This document shows positions 26,659 to 41,208 of a DNA stretch of 64,000 bases, one piece after another (the stretch's first letter is position 1; each line of letters begins with the position of its first letter). The position numbers were made by a program, and so were the translations under genes. The notes under the pieces are model-generated. The model saw nothing but the letters and a program-made list of their open reading frames with translations. It did not search any database and was not told the origin of the DNA. This DNA is from Setoptus koraiensis (taxonomy: Eukaryota; Animalia; Arthropoda), in contig CM106585.1 of assembly GCA_048013815.1 (NCBI GenBank), positions 22,382,001-22,446,000 of the forward strand, given 5' to 3'.

Positions 26659-27899
26659 ATGGCCACGCGAGTGCCAAGCGACTGAAGAGGCGCCCATATC
26701 GACCAAATTGGAAATGGATCGGAATGGCTTGTTGGGGGAGCGCGCTTAGCCGCGCTCTATTGGACACACAATATACTCACTGCAACATGCATTTGTCAAC
26801 AGTGACCCCTCTGGCCCTCGTTGTAATATCCGCGAATTTCGTCGAGCCGAGCTCGCTTGTTTTGAGACAATGCTTCGAGGAATGCCACCGCTGTTGCTGC
26901 CGCCGCCGCCGCCATCGGAACCATTGAACGGTCGCTGACAAAAACAAGTGTCAGTTGGCGAATGCCAAACGAGAAGGACATGTCGTCTGTATATATATCG
27001 GATAAATATATATATATGCGATTGAGGAAGCAGCGGCCTATATCAGTGGCAGTTGTTTGAGTTGCGAATCTCTTCTTGCAGCTTGCTCTCGATCTTCGTT
27101 CTCTCTGTGACGGTCAGAGTCTGATCGTCGACACAATCGATCTCTATCTCGGGCTCGGATGGCGCTGCCGCTCTGGGCCGCCATTTGAGGCCAAAAGGGA
27201 GAAAGAGAGAGATAAAGCAAACAGAGTGGACAGCCAGACAAAGGAAAACGGCAATTTCTAATAAGGGTCTTGATATTACCGGCACATAGTTAGGCCATGC
27301 AGTTTCTCTCAATGCCATTGGCACAAAGCGAGCGATAGAGTGACAGTGAGCAAGTGCCTCTGGTGTAACAATCGGGGGATATGTTGCTTTCGTTGTTGTC
27401 TCACTGTCTGACAATGGCCATTGATGGCCATTGGCAGATATATTACATGATCACATTCGATTCGATCATTTTCTGGGGGGCTATTTCTGGGGATATTGTT
27501 TGAATTTTAATGATTTGCCACTGCCAAAAGAAGAGGAGGCACGCAAAACTGGTAAACTGGGCCCCATCTAGACCTGCAATGCTGCTGGCAGGCTATTTTT
27601 ATCATCACACGTGAGCAAGATGATAAAATGCACCCCGACAAATACCCCGGCTGGGCATCGATAGTGATGTAATAATGATAAAAACACACACACACACACA
27701 CACACACGCACATAAATACATACATGTACATGATAAATGTGGACAGCGACTTTTATTACTTATTCATACTGTCTGCACACCGAACGCGACGCATCCTTGC
27801 CTTTTTTATCCATTACATAACTCAAATACACACTGCACGTATAACTCGTCTGACAAGTTGTATCTGGGCCGAGCGGGCCCCTGCTTTTTCGCGCGACTT

Positions 27900-27993
27900 G
27901 CTGGCTCGTCTCGCTGGCTCGTCTCACTGGCTGGCTCGTCTCACTGGCTCGTCTCGCTGGCTGGCTCGTCTCACTGGCTGGCTCGTCTCACTA
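27900..27993. repeat. 13/17-bp minisatellite built on GGCTCGTCTC, 6 copies
   Basis: Direct reading. Confidence 0.85.
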
Positions 27994-30900
27994 GCCGAGG
28001 CCCCTCGAAAAAACAACGAGCAAGGTGCAAATATCGGCTGCGTAGCGCTAAGTAGCCGTCGGCTGATTGTGCTGTGATTCTCCTGTTTGACCGACGTTTG
28101 CATTATGTAGAGGGTGTTTGCAACAATAATTCATTGATACACTGGCTGCCCAAACTTTGGGCCCCAAAGTGCATTTTTCGAGCACTCGAACAGTCACGGT
28201 GAAGTGCGTCGTTGTGCAAACTGTTTATCACTTGGGGCGCCCGTTCGCCGTCCACCATTCAAGGGGACACTTCGAGGTGCCAATATTCATGGCAGCCAGT
28301 GGTCGCGTAGGTGAGCCGCTGTTGGCAAGTGCAAGTTTTCTTTTGCAAATTTTCATTTTGCTTTTTGTTGGGCCCACGACAATTGAAAAAATCTTCTTCT
28401 CGGAACTGAAAAACTATTTTGACTACTCGTACTCACAAAATTGATTTTGCAAGCGGCACACACACACTTTATATATAATACAAACTCATGCCGATGGGTA
28501 ATATGTCCGCCGATGTGTATACACATCGGCAAGTGTCTAGGAATTTTTAATAGAATTTTTGATGAGCCCGAGCGTGCGAGTGAACCCGTCGATGAAATGA
28601 TTTCCAGCACGCATTTCGTCCAATTTATACAACGTACCAATAGATGGCCACTGTGGCGATGTTTTCAAGGGGCCCGCCGCTGTCGCTTTGGACTGTAGAC
28701 TTTACAGTGTCCAATTCGCAGTCCGCACTGTCTGGGCTCCAGAGCTCGGAGTCGATTTTGTGAATTTTGCGAAATTGACACATTTTATTTTTGGCACCAA
28801 GCGGGCCGGCCAATCGTGCGAGAGAATTGTTTTTCTCAGTCAGATTGGCCCTGAGTCAATATTAGATTAGAGCGTGACCAATGAGCGTAGCACATGACCG
28901 TAAATAATGATAATGACATTATGAATTCTCCGTCTCGTCGAGGCCGCACTCTCGAGCCAGCTCGCCATCTCGCCATCTCGGGCTAGCTCGCCATCGGGTC
29001 GTTGCAAGTTGCAACAGTGTTGGTGATGTTGCAACTTGCAACATTGAGCCATGTAGTTGCCGTGATAATGTTCGTGGCTCGAGCACAGATTTCGCCCGGC
29101 CGATCTAATCCGCTGAAACGAACGCTGCTGCCGGCAAGCGACAATTGAGTTGCGCAATGCGAGTTTATTAGCCCACAAACGGGATAACGGGACATTCGGG
29201 CATACATTGTGTGTATCCAGAAGATGATAGATTGAATCGCGCAAGACCAAACTAGCCCACCCCAGAGCGGAAATCCCAAGCGCCCACGAGATTGGGGCCC
29301 TGGAGATGGGCCCATCGAGCTGGCAAATGGCAAAGCCAATTTAAAGCCCAAAATCAGGATATATCCACGGGCCGACGATTGGCCTCCTATAACCTAATTG
29401 AACTGGCAACATTGAATGGTCAGGGCCGCAGCGCCGAACCATTAAGGCGCCCCTTTGAATTCTGGCCCCGTCTCGGGGGTGGCGCTGGCCAGATTTTCCA
29501 GTCGCTGACCATTATCAGCCGCGATGCTTTTGTTTGTTTGTTTGTTTGTTTGTGTTCCTGTGACGCTCCATCTATCATCGCAACAAACAACACGGAAACA
29601 ATGGGCCCCGTTACAACGGAATGGCAAATGCAACGGCGCACAATTCGCCGGCGAAATTTTTGCCAATTTTTCTCCTACGAGAGGGGGCGAGAGAGCGCGA
29701 AAGCGAGCTGATAACAAGAGTCCAGCAGGAACTGGCTGGCACGAGATTGATCGGACGTCAAACAAACGGCCCAGAACCTTTGCAACAATCTGTTCATCTG
29801 GCCGGCCGTGTGCGGCATTAGGCAAGGCGATTATCTTAATTCTAATGGGGCCCGGCCGGGCAAGAGAGAGAGAGAGAGAGAGCAGAAATTAGAGCGGTTG
29901 AGGCCGAGTAAATCATTATTTTTGATGGGCAGCCTCGGCTGGGGCCCATCAAAAGCCGAACGCACTCGCTTGAGCGAAATTCGCGCAGCTCAGGCTGGCA
30001 TCGCTGGCGTTTTGCTGCGGTCAATATCGCGCTCCAATCGCTCGGTTTGTTTGTCTTTTTTAGTTGCGCAATTTGATTGCGACAGCTAGAATTGCGGCCT
30101 GTGAGGCCTGTGAGGCATCTGAGGCATTTGGGGCATTCGGGCATCCGGGGTACATGAGGCATTTGAGGCAAATAAACAGTCAAAAACAAGCGATTTGGCG
30201 TGTTGTTGGCTGTCTGACTCGCTGGCGGGCGTCGTATAAACTAAACCGGGACGCGCGTCACTCGTTCGTTATCAGACCAATCAAAATGGAATTTGCTTGT
30301 CAGGCTCACGAGGCCGTGCGATATGAGCCGGCCGCCAGCCTACTGCAACACGTCGGGCCGGCTTAGCCGTCCGCCAGTTTCGGCAATTTCGCCTCGGGCC
30401 TCAATTAGGACTAAACAGGCAACTATTACAGTGACTGGCGCGCTTTTGTAATTGAACATGGCATTTGGGCCGTAAATTTCATATGTCTCAGCTAGCCGCC
30501 CCGCCGGTTGCCGGTTGCCAGTTACCAGTTACCAGTGAGGCCCATAAGGCACCAGGTATGTGAGCACTGCGGCATCAACATCCAGCGCTCAAGCGAGCGA
30601 GCGGGCACAGAAATAATAATAATAAAGCGATGCTTTCGAGAGCCACAGAAACATTAATGGCGCCCGTCGTATCATATAGAGCGTACGAAAGCTTGTCGGA
30701 GCAACCGAATTGGGGCCCATGCCGCGACTCACGGGCCACGGGTGCCCAAGCCCGTGAGTCACGGGTGCCCCAGAGAGCTCTAACTTAGGGTCTCTAAGAT
30801 GCGGCTAAGCGCATGAGCGCCGCTCGCGATTTCATGTAAGATAGTGACTGAATAATCCAGCCAAATCGATAGAAAGAGCTTGCGAGAACTCACCTCATCA

Positions 30901-32554
30901 TCACGTTGCCGGCGCACTTTCGACACCAACTAAAAACATATTTATACCGAGCGATTTATATTTGTACCGAAGCTTGTAGGCGGCGCCGAGCCACGGCTTA
31001 ATATATAAATTGTATAATAATGAGCCACATGTAGCCATGATAGCGATATCGAGCCGATGAGCCACAGATAAATGTGGATCGGATAATTGTTGAGAGGTCC
31101 GCCGCTGCTCTGCGCTTCAACCATGCCAACACACGATGTGTGGCCCGATAAATTGATGGATAGTCGTTTGAGCCGCAGCATCGGCCGGCAATGGGGGAGC
31201 ATCGATACTTGTTATTATTATTGTTGGCCCGACAACAACATTTGCCAACACAACACTGGCTGATGCAATGCGAACCGCCAGCAATATTGGGGCCAGATAA
31301 GAGCAACAATAACATGAATGTATAAATATATCCCTTGCTCGCTTAGCGATTGGCTCGATTCAATCGAGTCGATTGGCTCGATTGGCTGCCCTCGAGAAGA
31401 TGAGACTGTCGACTGTTGGCATGGTACGCGATTTCGGCTGACTGCAACAGTGCCACTGCTACCTGCACGTGGTAAGAGGGCACAGGTAGCCGGCGGATTG
31501 TTTGGTGCAAAAAAAATAAACAAGACAATTTGCCAGACTCGTGGCAGTTGCGTCCACGTATACGCCTGGGGTATTTCGCTCATTGGGGCCCCGGCTCGGC
31601 TTGCAAATGCGACTTTTTGGTCAAGTTGCAGGCAAGTGTAAACAAGGCCAGTTATTGCTCAATTGCAGTGTTGAAAATTGATAGAGTGCACTGATTGGCT
31701 TGTGTGTGTGTGTGTATCATCGAAATTGTATTAATGCGCTCGTTGGGGCTCGATTGAGAGGCCAACGACAATATTGCCGCACTGGCAATATTTGTGCCGA
31801 TTGCTATGTCAACATAGGCTGAGATATTTGTTTTTTTTTTGCCTTTATCACGCCAACACTAACTAACAGTCAACTACGGTCCTCGTCAGCTATTTCTGAA
31901 CTTGCCGGCCGCCGGCTAAGCTCGGCTAACTACCCATTTTCTCTGTGGTACCGGTACATTTAGTATTGAGCATCAGTAAAAAACACGGTAAAAAATAATA
32001 TTTTCATAACAATAATAGATGCTCTTGAGTTGGATACATTCAACGGCGTCTATAGTGGGCCCCGTCAGACGGACGACACGCGACAAAATGCGAAGCGTCC
32101 CTTCGCGGGCAACTTGTTTTCCGAGCCTCGGACAAAAAAAACACAGTCTGAGGGGCCCCATGGCAAATCGGAGGTCGCGACACTGTCGCTCGGTTGCGCT
32201 GGTCGGTCAGTGAGTCAAGCTAAACAAAAACTAGAAACAAGTGCTCAGATTCGCCAGGCCGTCAAGCGTGGCCTAAATCCGATCTGCATCATGTACTTGC
32301 TCTCTCTCTCGCTCCGCTACACACCCGACTCAACGTGGCGCTTCCGAAGAGGCCCCCATTCTGACAGGTTTGTGATGCATTTCGAGCGTTGTTGCCGGCC
32401 TCTTGTTGGTCGATGGCATAATAGGACTGCATATTATGCGCTCAACTTTTATTTCGAAGCGTAATTGTATTTATTTCGTCTTGTTTCGGCCCATTCAGCG
32501 GCCATTTGATGTGTCCTGAGCGCGCACTCTGGACAATTTGTTGATTTTGGTATT

Positions 32555-32644
32555 CTCGATGTGCCCACTCTCGATGTGCCCACTCTCGGTGTGCCGATGC
32601 TCGATGTGCCCATGCTCGATGTGCCCATGCTCGATGTGCTGATA
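32555..32644. repeat. 15-bp minisatellite CTCGATGTGCCCAYK, 6 units
   Basis: Direct reading; no unique spacers. Confidence 0.85.
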
Positions 32645-33611
32645 CTTGACGAGATCGAGGTCGGAATGATTAATAGTTTAAATTGTCGTCACAAAGATCA
32701 AGTTGCCGAATGAAAGATAAAAAGTAAAATGACACACAGCGAGTGGCGAGTGACGCATTAATCATTTGGCGTCATTGTAATACAATCAAGATTATGCAAA
32801 TGAATTTAAGTGTCGGCAGTGCCGGCGAGTGCTGCCAGCGATAAGTGGGGCCGACGGGGCCCCGGCTAAAGAGCGCACGTCATCAATAATAGAAAACTTA
32901 TCACATTTTTGCATACTCTGTGCATGCCTACGTCTGTCCAAAAGTGGTAAGTGGGGCCGGCGAATACACTGGCACAACGCGTAGCCTCACTGTACAGTGG
33001 CCGCTGCACACTGTGGAATTGGTTGCAAAATAACCGGCCTGGCGGCTATTTATTTATATACATACACTACATATATACATAATACCGATATATATATATT
33101 GCGCAATACATAATATACGCAGTATGCGCGTACTGCTGACAAAAGAAGGGGCCCCGACAACAACAGCAGCAACAACAACAACAGCGGCAACAACAACAGC
33201 AACACATGCAGCACTTGTGACCGACAGAATAATTTCAATGCATCTGCCTTTGCGGCCTCTACCACTGGCTGGCATGACACTCCATTTGGGGACACTCCTG
33301 GCACACACCGAGCAACATACTCACTACTCAGTGCTTTGGCTAACACACTTTCGTGACAATATATCACCACTGGCGCCCCCATGCTGCATAAATGCTGATA
33401 TCGAGGCGACTGGCGCCAGGCGGCTGAATTGGGGCCCACAATGGCAACCAGCGCCAAGCTGGCATTCACTTTGGGCTGCGCTCGCTCGTGCTTGGTTCGG
33501 CCCAAGTTCGGGGGGCCCCAAAGTGGATTTGCAGCTTCTGGGCAGTGGGGTTGCGAATTGGGGCCCCTGAAGCTGCACAAGATGTGACGATCCGGCCCGG
33601 TGACACGGACA

Positions 33612-33685
33612 CCGATGGCAACGCGACGGCAACGCGACGGCAACGCAACGGCAGCGCAATGGCAAACCGATGGCAACGCAACCGA
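33612..33685. repeat. Imperfect ~12-bp repeat GGCAACGCGAC-like
   Basis: Direct reading. Confidence 0.7.
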
Positions 33686-33881
33686 GTGCAACGAGAGCGC
33701 CCGAAAAAAGCGCCCCTCTGTGGAGGCGTCATAGCGGAGCCCCCTCAGTGTTGCGCAAGCTTGTATGACGAGTACGTGATAGATTAAGTAGATTCCGATG
33801 GCATCTGGATCAATGCTTATCCCTATCGGCCTTATCTGGCGCGATGCGGGCCGGACCGGCCCGGCGCTGCGTCGGGCGCGC

Positions 33882-34076
<195 letters not shown>

Positions 34077-35493
34077 CTGCGACACTGGCTCGAAAATGCA
34101 CCGGCCGAGTGACCGTCGCCATTGACTAATTTGCGCCGATGCCAACAACTACTCTAGTGTCGTGCAGTGTGACGCATGTGAATAATAAATATAATAGAAT
34201 GGCGAGCTCAACTTATTATTATATTTCATTACATAATGCACTCTAGCCAGTGTCAAATAACTGTGTGTGTGTGTGCACGTAGTGCGCGCCAAGTGCCCGC
34301 TTATAACTGTGACAACACAAGGTTAGTCGCTATATAAAGAGAGACAAAGGTGTGAAGGGGAGGGTGAAAACGGCAGAGGGGAGACCGAAAAGGGAGAGTG
34401 AAAAGTATTGCCAGTTGGCGACACTATTTGTGGGGCCACTGTTTGAGTTGCATAATGGAATTAAAAGTGGCTGCGTGGCTCGCAAGCGCCGCCGGTAATA
34501 AAGCCAACTGTCATGCCAACTTGCACGCCAGTAATGAAAGTAATCAGATACAAGTAGCGAGATAAAGCAGATTATCGCCTTTCGTCTCGGCGAGCGAGCC
34601 TCGACTTGCTACAAACATGCTAATGTGCCAGCCAGCATGCCCACTACGAGACAGGGATCACTCTCGATGCGGGCGCCACCTGAACAACAAATCAACAAAT
34701 GGTGGTGCACTATCTTTAGTTGGCGCACTCACACTGAGCGCTTGTCAGAGTGCGCGAAAATCGCTAGCTACCCGCGCCGCGCCTCGCCTCGCCAGCTACC
34801 TGTGCGCCATGGTGACTAATTGAACGCGTCAGTGACATTTGCACCAATACACACTTTATGGCATTTGGTACGCGTTACCTGTGCTACCTGTGACAGGCTG
34901 CGATGCAGTGTATATTAGTGTGGCCAGCGCCAGTGCGGATGGGCCCCATGCCAGATAACCAAGATGCGAGGCACCGGCAAATCGGATGCGTGTGAGCGAC
35001 AATCATCATCCAATTATGCGTCGGGCTAGGCAAATTTCGCTGGCCGATTGGCCGGTCTGGCAGCGTCACTTGGAGCCAATCTAATCTGGCTAGCCGTGGA
35101 GACTAGCGTTGCCGACCGAGCAGAGCGGTCAATTATCTGCTCGCTGTCAGTGCTGCTGGCCCTCGGTTGGCCAGGGGCCCCAGCTGGCGAGGGGCCTCAG
35201 ATGGCTCACTGCCCCAGTTGGTCGACGGGGCAAGAGAGAAATTGAGCCAGAGTGGGCAGAACAGGAAGTGGCGGCGCAGAATTAATGACACAATAATTAA
35301 TTAATATTGTTCATTCGTAATCTGCTGCCGGGCTACTGGCACAGCGGCACAGTAGATTACGACGACGACATTAGACATTGCGCGCAAACACTGGATTGGT
35401 CGCCGCAACCGGCGACAGGTAACCGCGCCGCCGACTAATGCCGCTCGGCTCCCCTCACGCAGCAACCCGGAATAGATTAATCAATCAGCTTAC

Positions 35494-36093
35494 CTGTGCC
35501 TCTTGGTTTTGTCGGTCGCTGTTGTTGTTGGCGGCGGTGGCCGGTTGGCCGCCCAACACAGCTTGCATTCTTTCTTTGGCCTCGATCAATTTCTGGCACA
35601 ACACTTGCCGCTGGCGCTGATAGTAGGTGGAATGGTCCAATTTCACAGAAATAGTCTCTTGATGATAATTGTTGCTGTTGTTGCTGTTGCTGTTGCCGTA
35701 GTTGTAGCTGTAGGTGTTGTTGGCCACTTGAAAGTTGTTGCTGGTTGGCGCGTAAATGGGCGGCATTGCTCTGTTGTTGCTGCTGTTGTTGCTGTTGTTG
35801 CTGCTGCTGTTGACAGTGTTGTGCTGCTGGTGGCGTGCCGAGTTGAGCGTTTTGAGCTCGTGATTTTCGTTGCGTGATTGCGGCGCCCCAATGGGCGAAT
35901 TGGCGCCGCCAGTGTCACTTCCGTTGTTGTCCGCTGCGCTGGCCACATTGCGGCTTGCGTAGCATGCCGGCGCGTCGGTCTTGAAAGGATTTCTGCTATT
36001 CACTCTAGAGTCAGCCGATGAAATGGTCGACACTGGCGCCTGGTGCGGCTGGGGGCGCGAGCCGGGCGGCGGCGGCCGACTGGGCATGGCTAC
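35494..36093 (-). CDS. Orphan coding-like exon (~198 codons, N/S/Q-rich), possibly a distal first coding exon of the SLC6 gene
   Basis: CAG acceptor at 36094, ATG at 36087, open frame to a strong phase-0 donor CAG|GTAAGC at 35493. Non-repetitive end ETISVKLDHSTYYQRQRQVLCQKLIEAKERMQAVLG looks helical. No family recognised. Confidence 0.5.
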
Positions 36094-37578
36094 CTGTGTG
36101 TATTTGTGTGGCGGCCGGCTGTCGGATATAATTCACTATTGCCTACTATACACTGTATTCACTAATTAGCTAATTGGCTCTGTTGGCTTCGATGGCCTCG
36201 TTGGCTGCGTTGGCTTTGCTCTATTGGCTCTATTAGCCAATGATGTAACTCTCTGACAAACTGCGACAAACTGCCGCTAGAATATTGGTGGTCGCGAAAA
36301 ACAAACAAACACTTGCGAGTGGCGCACTTTTGCCGTAATTACGCGCGCGTATATATTTGGCGATTATTAGCAAATGCAGGTCTGCAGCAAGTTATTGTGT
36401 CCACTCTCTGGTGTGCATTTACACATGCCTCATTTACATATGTCTCTATCATATATCACAACATTGGCTGGATCGGCTGCGCGAATCGGTGGTGCGAATA
36501 AGTGGCAAGATAAGAATCACGACAAGTTGCTGTTGCAACTTGTGCGCTGCGGTGCGATATTGAATTGTTGTCGTTGTCGTCGTGGTCGCTAATATTTGAA
36601 TGTCCTCTCAATATGCACTCTGAGGCGCCTAGCTCCGCATACGTTTACGTTTTGCCTAGAGTTAGTTGGTGGATATGATTCAATGTTTTTCATGTGTCTC
36701 CAATGTAATTACAGGCTATCGCTGACTGCATTTCGCTGCATATCTCTCACGGTGTGTGTGTGTGTGCCTCGGTGCCACCCAAAGTGAGTACTGAGTTGTC
36801 GGTGTGCGCGCTCGCAAGTCATTTGCGTTCGTTGCCGCAAACCCGAAAAGAAAAAGAGGCCAACAGCGGACACGGTCGCCATGGCGGCCTCAGGTCGCGA
36901 AAGTCGCTATAGCATCTGAGCAGCCGTCTGAGCGGAGTGGCGCGCCGTTCAGCGCCGACAGTTCGCCACGCAGCTAGCGTGCGCGCCGTGCCCAAATAAC
37001 GCGCCGCTTCTTCCCTCTGCCTCCCACAACCATTACGGGACTCGCCAAAGCCAGTTTGGGGCCCCGTCGAGCGCCAGTTTGGGGCCCGTCGAGCGTCGGA
37101 GCAGGCGCACTGTGCCTCGCACGACGCGAGTTAGCCGGTAAGTTTGTGCGCGCACGGTTAGCGAGCCTCGTCTCGTCTCGTCTCGGGCCGGGCCGGCCCA
37201 CCCTGCCGCTCCGCTCAGTTGTACAAGTGAACGGGATCTATCATTATTTTGTGCCCAAGTCGCTGGCGTGCTCCTCCGGTCACCCGGCCCACTGTTTGCT
37301 CAGGGCCCGCGTGTGCGTTCAAACTCGCGCATAGCGGCTCACCGAGCCAGTTAAAAGTGCCCCCCGCTTTGTGTAGCAAATGTGCCAGTGTGCGCACCCA
37401 AAAAACCGGAGCAATGCGTTATATACGTATATCTATGTATAAAAGAGTTTGCTCGCACAACTGGCACAGCGACTGAGTGGGCGCACATTCGCCACCTGCC
37501 AACTGACAGCGCCGCCAGCCGACTACGCAAGCAACTGATGCAGCAGCAGCAGCAGATGCCTCCCCCGCAGTAGGCGCC

Positions 37579-37662
37579 GTTACGTAATAGTGATTACGTA
37601 ATGATGATTACGTAATGGGGACACGGGATTATCCCTGATATTCAAGCGCGCGCGCGCGCTTG
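37579..37662. promoter_or_regulatory. Dense candidate cis-regulatory module: three PAR-bZIP sites, GGGATTATCCC palindrome, (GC)7
   Basis: RTTACGTAAT at 37579, 37593, 37607 (14-bp period); GGGATTATCCC at 37625-37635; CAA(GC)7TTG palindrome at 37643-37662. Confidence 0.5.
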
Positions 37663-40600
37663 TTTTGTGTTTATGCTTGTTATGCAATGTGTGTGCACAA
37701 GTCGCAAGTCACATCACACAGCGCAGACGGTGGCACAGGTGGCACAGATGGCGCGCACAGCGGTCGGCGCTGTTCGGCTGGCTAGCCAAGTTGACTTGAC
37801 TGCTGCTTGTGTGTCGGATAATAGCGACGAGTGGCCCAGTGGATAATAGCGGCTCGTGCAGCAGATAGTTGGGGGCGCCGGCCAACTGAATACCGTGTGC
37901 GTCTAACGGTGTGCATCTGAACGGAAGAATCGGTGTCGCCGAACGCGAGCGCGGGGGGGGGGCACCGACGATTTTTCCGTTCCTCTGGCACAGCAGCAGT
38001 GGCAGCAAATTGCCAGGCCACGGCTTGTTGGGCGCCCATTGGGCGACCCCGACCAATGGGGCCCAATCCGAGAAGACACTTTGAGGGGGCGCAGTGTGAA
38101 GCCGGATTAAATGGGGCTGCGCGCGCAACCAAATGCAAGACTGCCCGGCGAGTCATTGGTGCGGCGTGTTGCGCGTAACAAGCTTGTGATTGGCGGGCCC
38201 AATTTCGTCGGCAACCGGCCCCGCTCGGGCTCGGCGAAGGGCCGGCCTCATCAAGCCTTGGTCGAGCCGGCCCGGCCGCGAGTGTGTCACCGAGATTAGC
38301 ATAGAATAAATATTAATATATTGCGAGCTATTTATACATGTTTGGTTGGCCGCTTGCTGGCCAGTGGCGCCAGTGGCGCTAGTCGCGGGCTTGCGAGCTG
38401 GCCCCGCCGCCGCCCGTTGGCGCTACCTGGTGGCCGCTCGGGCTGTCGCTAGGTGGCCCGGTCATTATGGCAATTGTGCGCTGTTTGTGTACACTTGCCG
38501 CGAGAAAATTTCGGCCACGTTTGTGTACATTTGTGTGCGTGTGTGTGTGCGCGCCGGCCATTGGCACGTGCCTTCCGCTGGCCGGCTCCCCCGGCTGCAA
38601 CAACTATCTAGATAAGTTATATAATATAACTATTACAACACTGGCCGCGCCATAATATGTTATATGGACGCAGTGAGCGGGCCGAGCGAGACCCGGGGCC
38701 CCCGAACGCCACAAACAGCAACAAATATCGCGTCGCCGGAAGCGCTGGCGCTGCTGCAACACATAACGACACACTCGCTCGCGATGTTTATTGTTCGTTA
38801 TCTGTCGTGACAGATACAAAATATCGCGTCCATTAGAGCTTTAATAAAACGAAAAAGCTCGCCAGCGAGTCAGCCAGCCAGCGGGTCAGCCAGCCAACGA
38901 GTGTCTTGCCGGGTCCGCCGGCCCGACTGCCCAGTTTGTTGGTGTAGGCTGTCCCTCGCGTCTGTCTATCTGTCCATCTCGGCCACTGGTCGCTTGTCTG
39001 TCTCAGCTACTGGCCCGCAGCCCGCAAATAGCCACGAGTTTGCTGCGAATTGTTTGTTCAATCACGTGTAAGCTGTACACGTCACGCGTTGGCTCGCTGC
39101 CGGGGCCCCCCTTTTGGCCGGCCAAAAGGGGGGCCCCACGGCGAACCAAAATTGGCTCACTGAGGCTCAGTTTGGCCCAGCTCACGGTTTGGTTTGGCCC
39201 AGTTCGGCCGACAGAGGGCAATCTGGGAGCCAAGTGGCCAGCGAGGGCGTTTTAACTGGCACGTTAACTACACATTGTGCACATTGCTGCACAACAAAAC
39301 GAAATCACGTCACAATGGCCTGCGCAATGGCCTGCCGACTTGATAGATGGCCGTGATGCGAATCGCCCTCTTGCGGTGCCTCCCAATTCCAGACAGAGCC
39401 CCACTACCGGGCCGGCCTGTCAGGCCCACAGTGCGCGCGGGCAGCCGCTCACTCGCCGGTCTCGGCGCCAATTCATCCGGCCCGTCGCGGCTAGACCGTC
39501 GCGGCCAGACTGTCGCGGGCCGCATAAATTGGCGAGTTGTTGCAGTGGCAGAGCCAGTTATGAAGCTGACAGTGAGTTATGATGAACTGAACGCACGCAC
39601 AAAATAACATGACAGTGTCATAATCAAACTAACGTCAGTTGTGTGTCATTGCTGGTCATCAAGTTATGTTTGTCTGTGTGGCCATCAATTTGATTTTGTT
39701 GCTGGTTGTCGCGGTGGCAAGTGCAAATGGACAACAAGCGCGTTCTCAGACGACGATACGGCCTCAGATTGGTTGAATTGTTGGCTCGTTCAGGTTGGCA
39801 GCCGGCCCTTCAAAACGGACACAAATTGGACGTTGTACACGAACAAATCGGACGCGCAAACTGGAGGTAGAGCAAAACTGAAGTAGACAAGTGTCAACTG
39901 TTGTTGCGTCACCGTTTAGCTGGCACAGAGAGCGACAATTTGCAGCCAAATGGACAATAATCAGTGGATGGGCGCCATAATAATAATAGTAATAATGATA
40001 ATAATAGTAATAATAGTAGTTCGAGCTGGGGCCTAGCTCGTGTGTGCCAATACAGCAAGGCAAGCCAATAAACGGGCTGAAAAATTGGCAAACAAACAGA
40101 GTTATCCAATGAGTTCGTGTGCTCGTTCGTTTGTGGAAGGACTTAATTGGGCGATTCAATCATTTGGCCATTGCCGTACAGCAGCGACTAGAGCGACCAT
40201 CATTGGATTCGAATTGCATGTAACAGCCGCGAATAGCGGACAATTTTCGCAACACAGCCACCCATTGACATGTCACTTATAGATATATTTATATACTTAT
40301 ATACAGTGTCAGTATATGTACAGACGGACTGTGTATAGACTGATCAGGATTACGCTGGCACGTCCAGCGATGGGGCGATCGCAAGAGTCCGGCGGCCGGA
40401 CAACGTAACGAGGCATTAGGTAGAGTAGAGACGAGGGACGCGACTAGTGACCGACTATCAACATTGTTATCGTTTATTGGTTATTGGTGATGTAATAGTC
40501 TCATGTTTGCGTTCGCTACATTGTGTTGGCGCTGCTCTGTTAACAGTGCAGTGTTTACAGTCACAATTACAGTTAATTGATTTATGCCGAGTAGCTGGCT

Positions 40601-41208
40601 AAATTAACTATAATTGACAACGCTCATTGCTCATCGCTACTGGGCTTGCCGGTTGGTGTTTGGCTGTGTTTGGCTGCGTTTGTTGTGTTTGTGTTGTATG
40701 GACAGGCCAGTGACATGATAATGAGCAGCGCACAACACAAGCAAACAAGCGCCAACTGTAATTAGATAATGGGGCCCACTTGAGCTGCCACCGATACTGT
40801 GTGTATCAGTTGCAGAGACACTTGCTTGATTGCTGGCGACTTGATTTTGTTCGCCCGCCGCCAACTGGCCGCTGAACTGGCTGGCGATGACGTAATCTGG
40901 CTTGTTTGTTTGGTTGTTGTGCTCTGTGAGGCCTCTATTTGGTGTGTGTCTCTCTCTCTGTTTATACTATCGCTTGTCCGGTGGTGCTTGCTGATAACAC
41001 TTTGCAGCTGATCGTGGTTGCTGGTGGCCACTGCTGTCGTTGTTGTTGCCGCATTCGTTGTTGTTGCTGCTGTCGCTGTTGGTGCTGTTGTTGTTGATGT
41101 TGCTGCTGTTGATGTTGTTGTTGGTGGTGGTGCTGATGATGTTGTTGGCGCAGTAATGGACGACCATACTTACGGTTTGGACGGTGGTTGGCGCGCCGCC
41201 GCCGCTTA

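Noticed and set aside
27038-27414. Overlapping minus ORFs with a TM-like and a charged segment
   Set aside because: TTG start; the hydrophobic part comes from a CT-rich tract; two frames equally plausible; no homology recognised.
30545-30553. TAAGGCAC, the miR-124 seed start
   Set aside because: The rest of the mature sequence does not match and there is no hairpin.
32555-32644. Regular short repeats resembling a CRISPR-like array
   Set aside because: Head-to-tail units without unique spacers, eukaryotic context, no cas genes.
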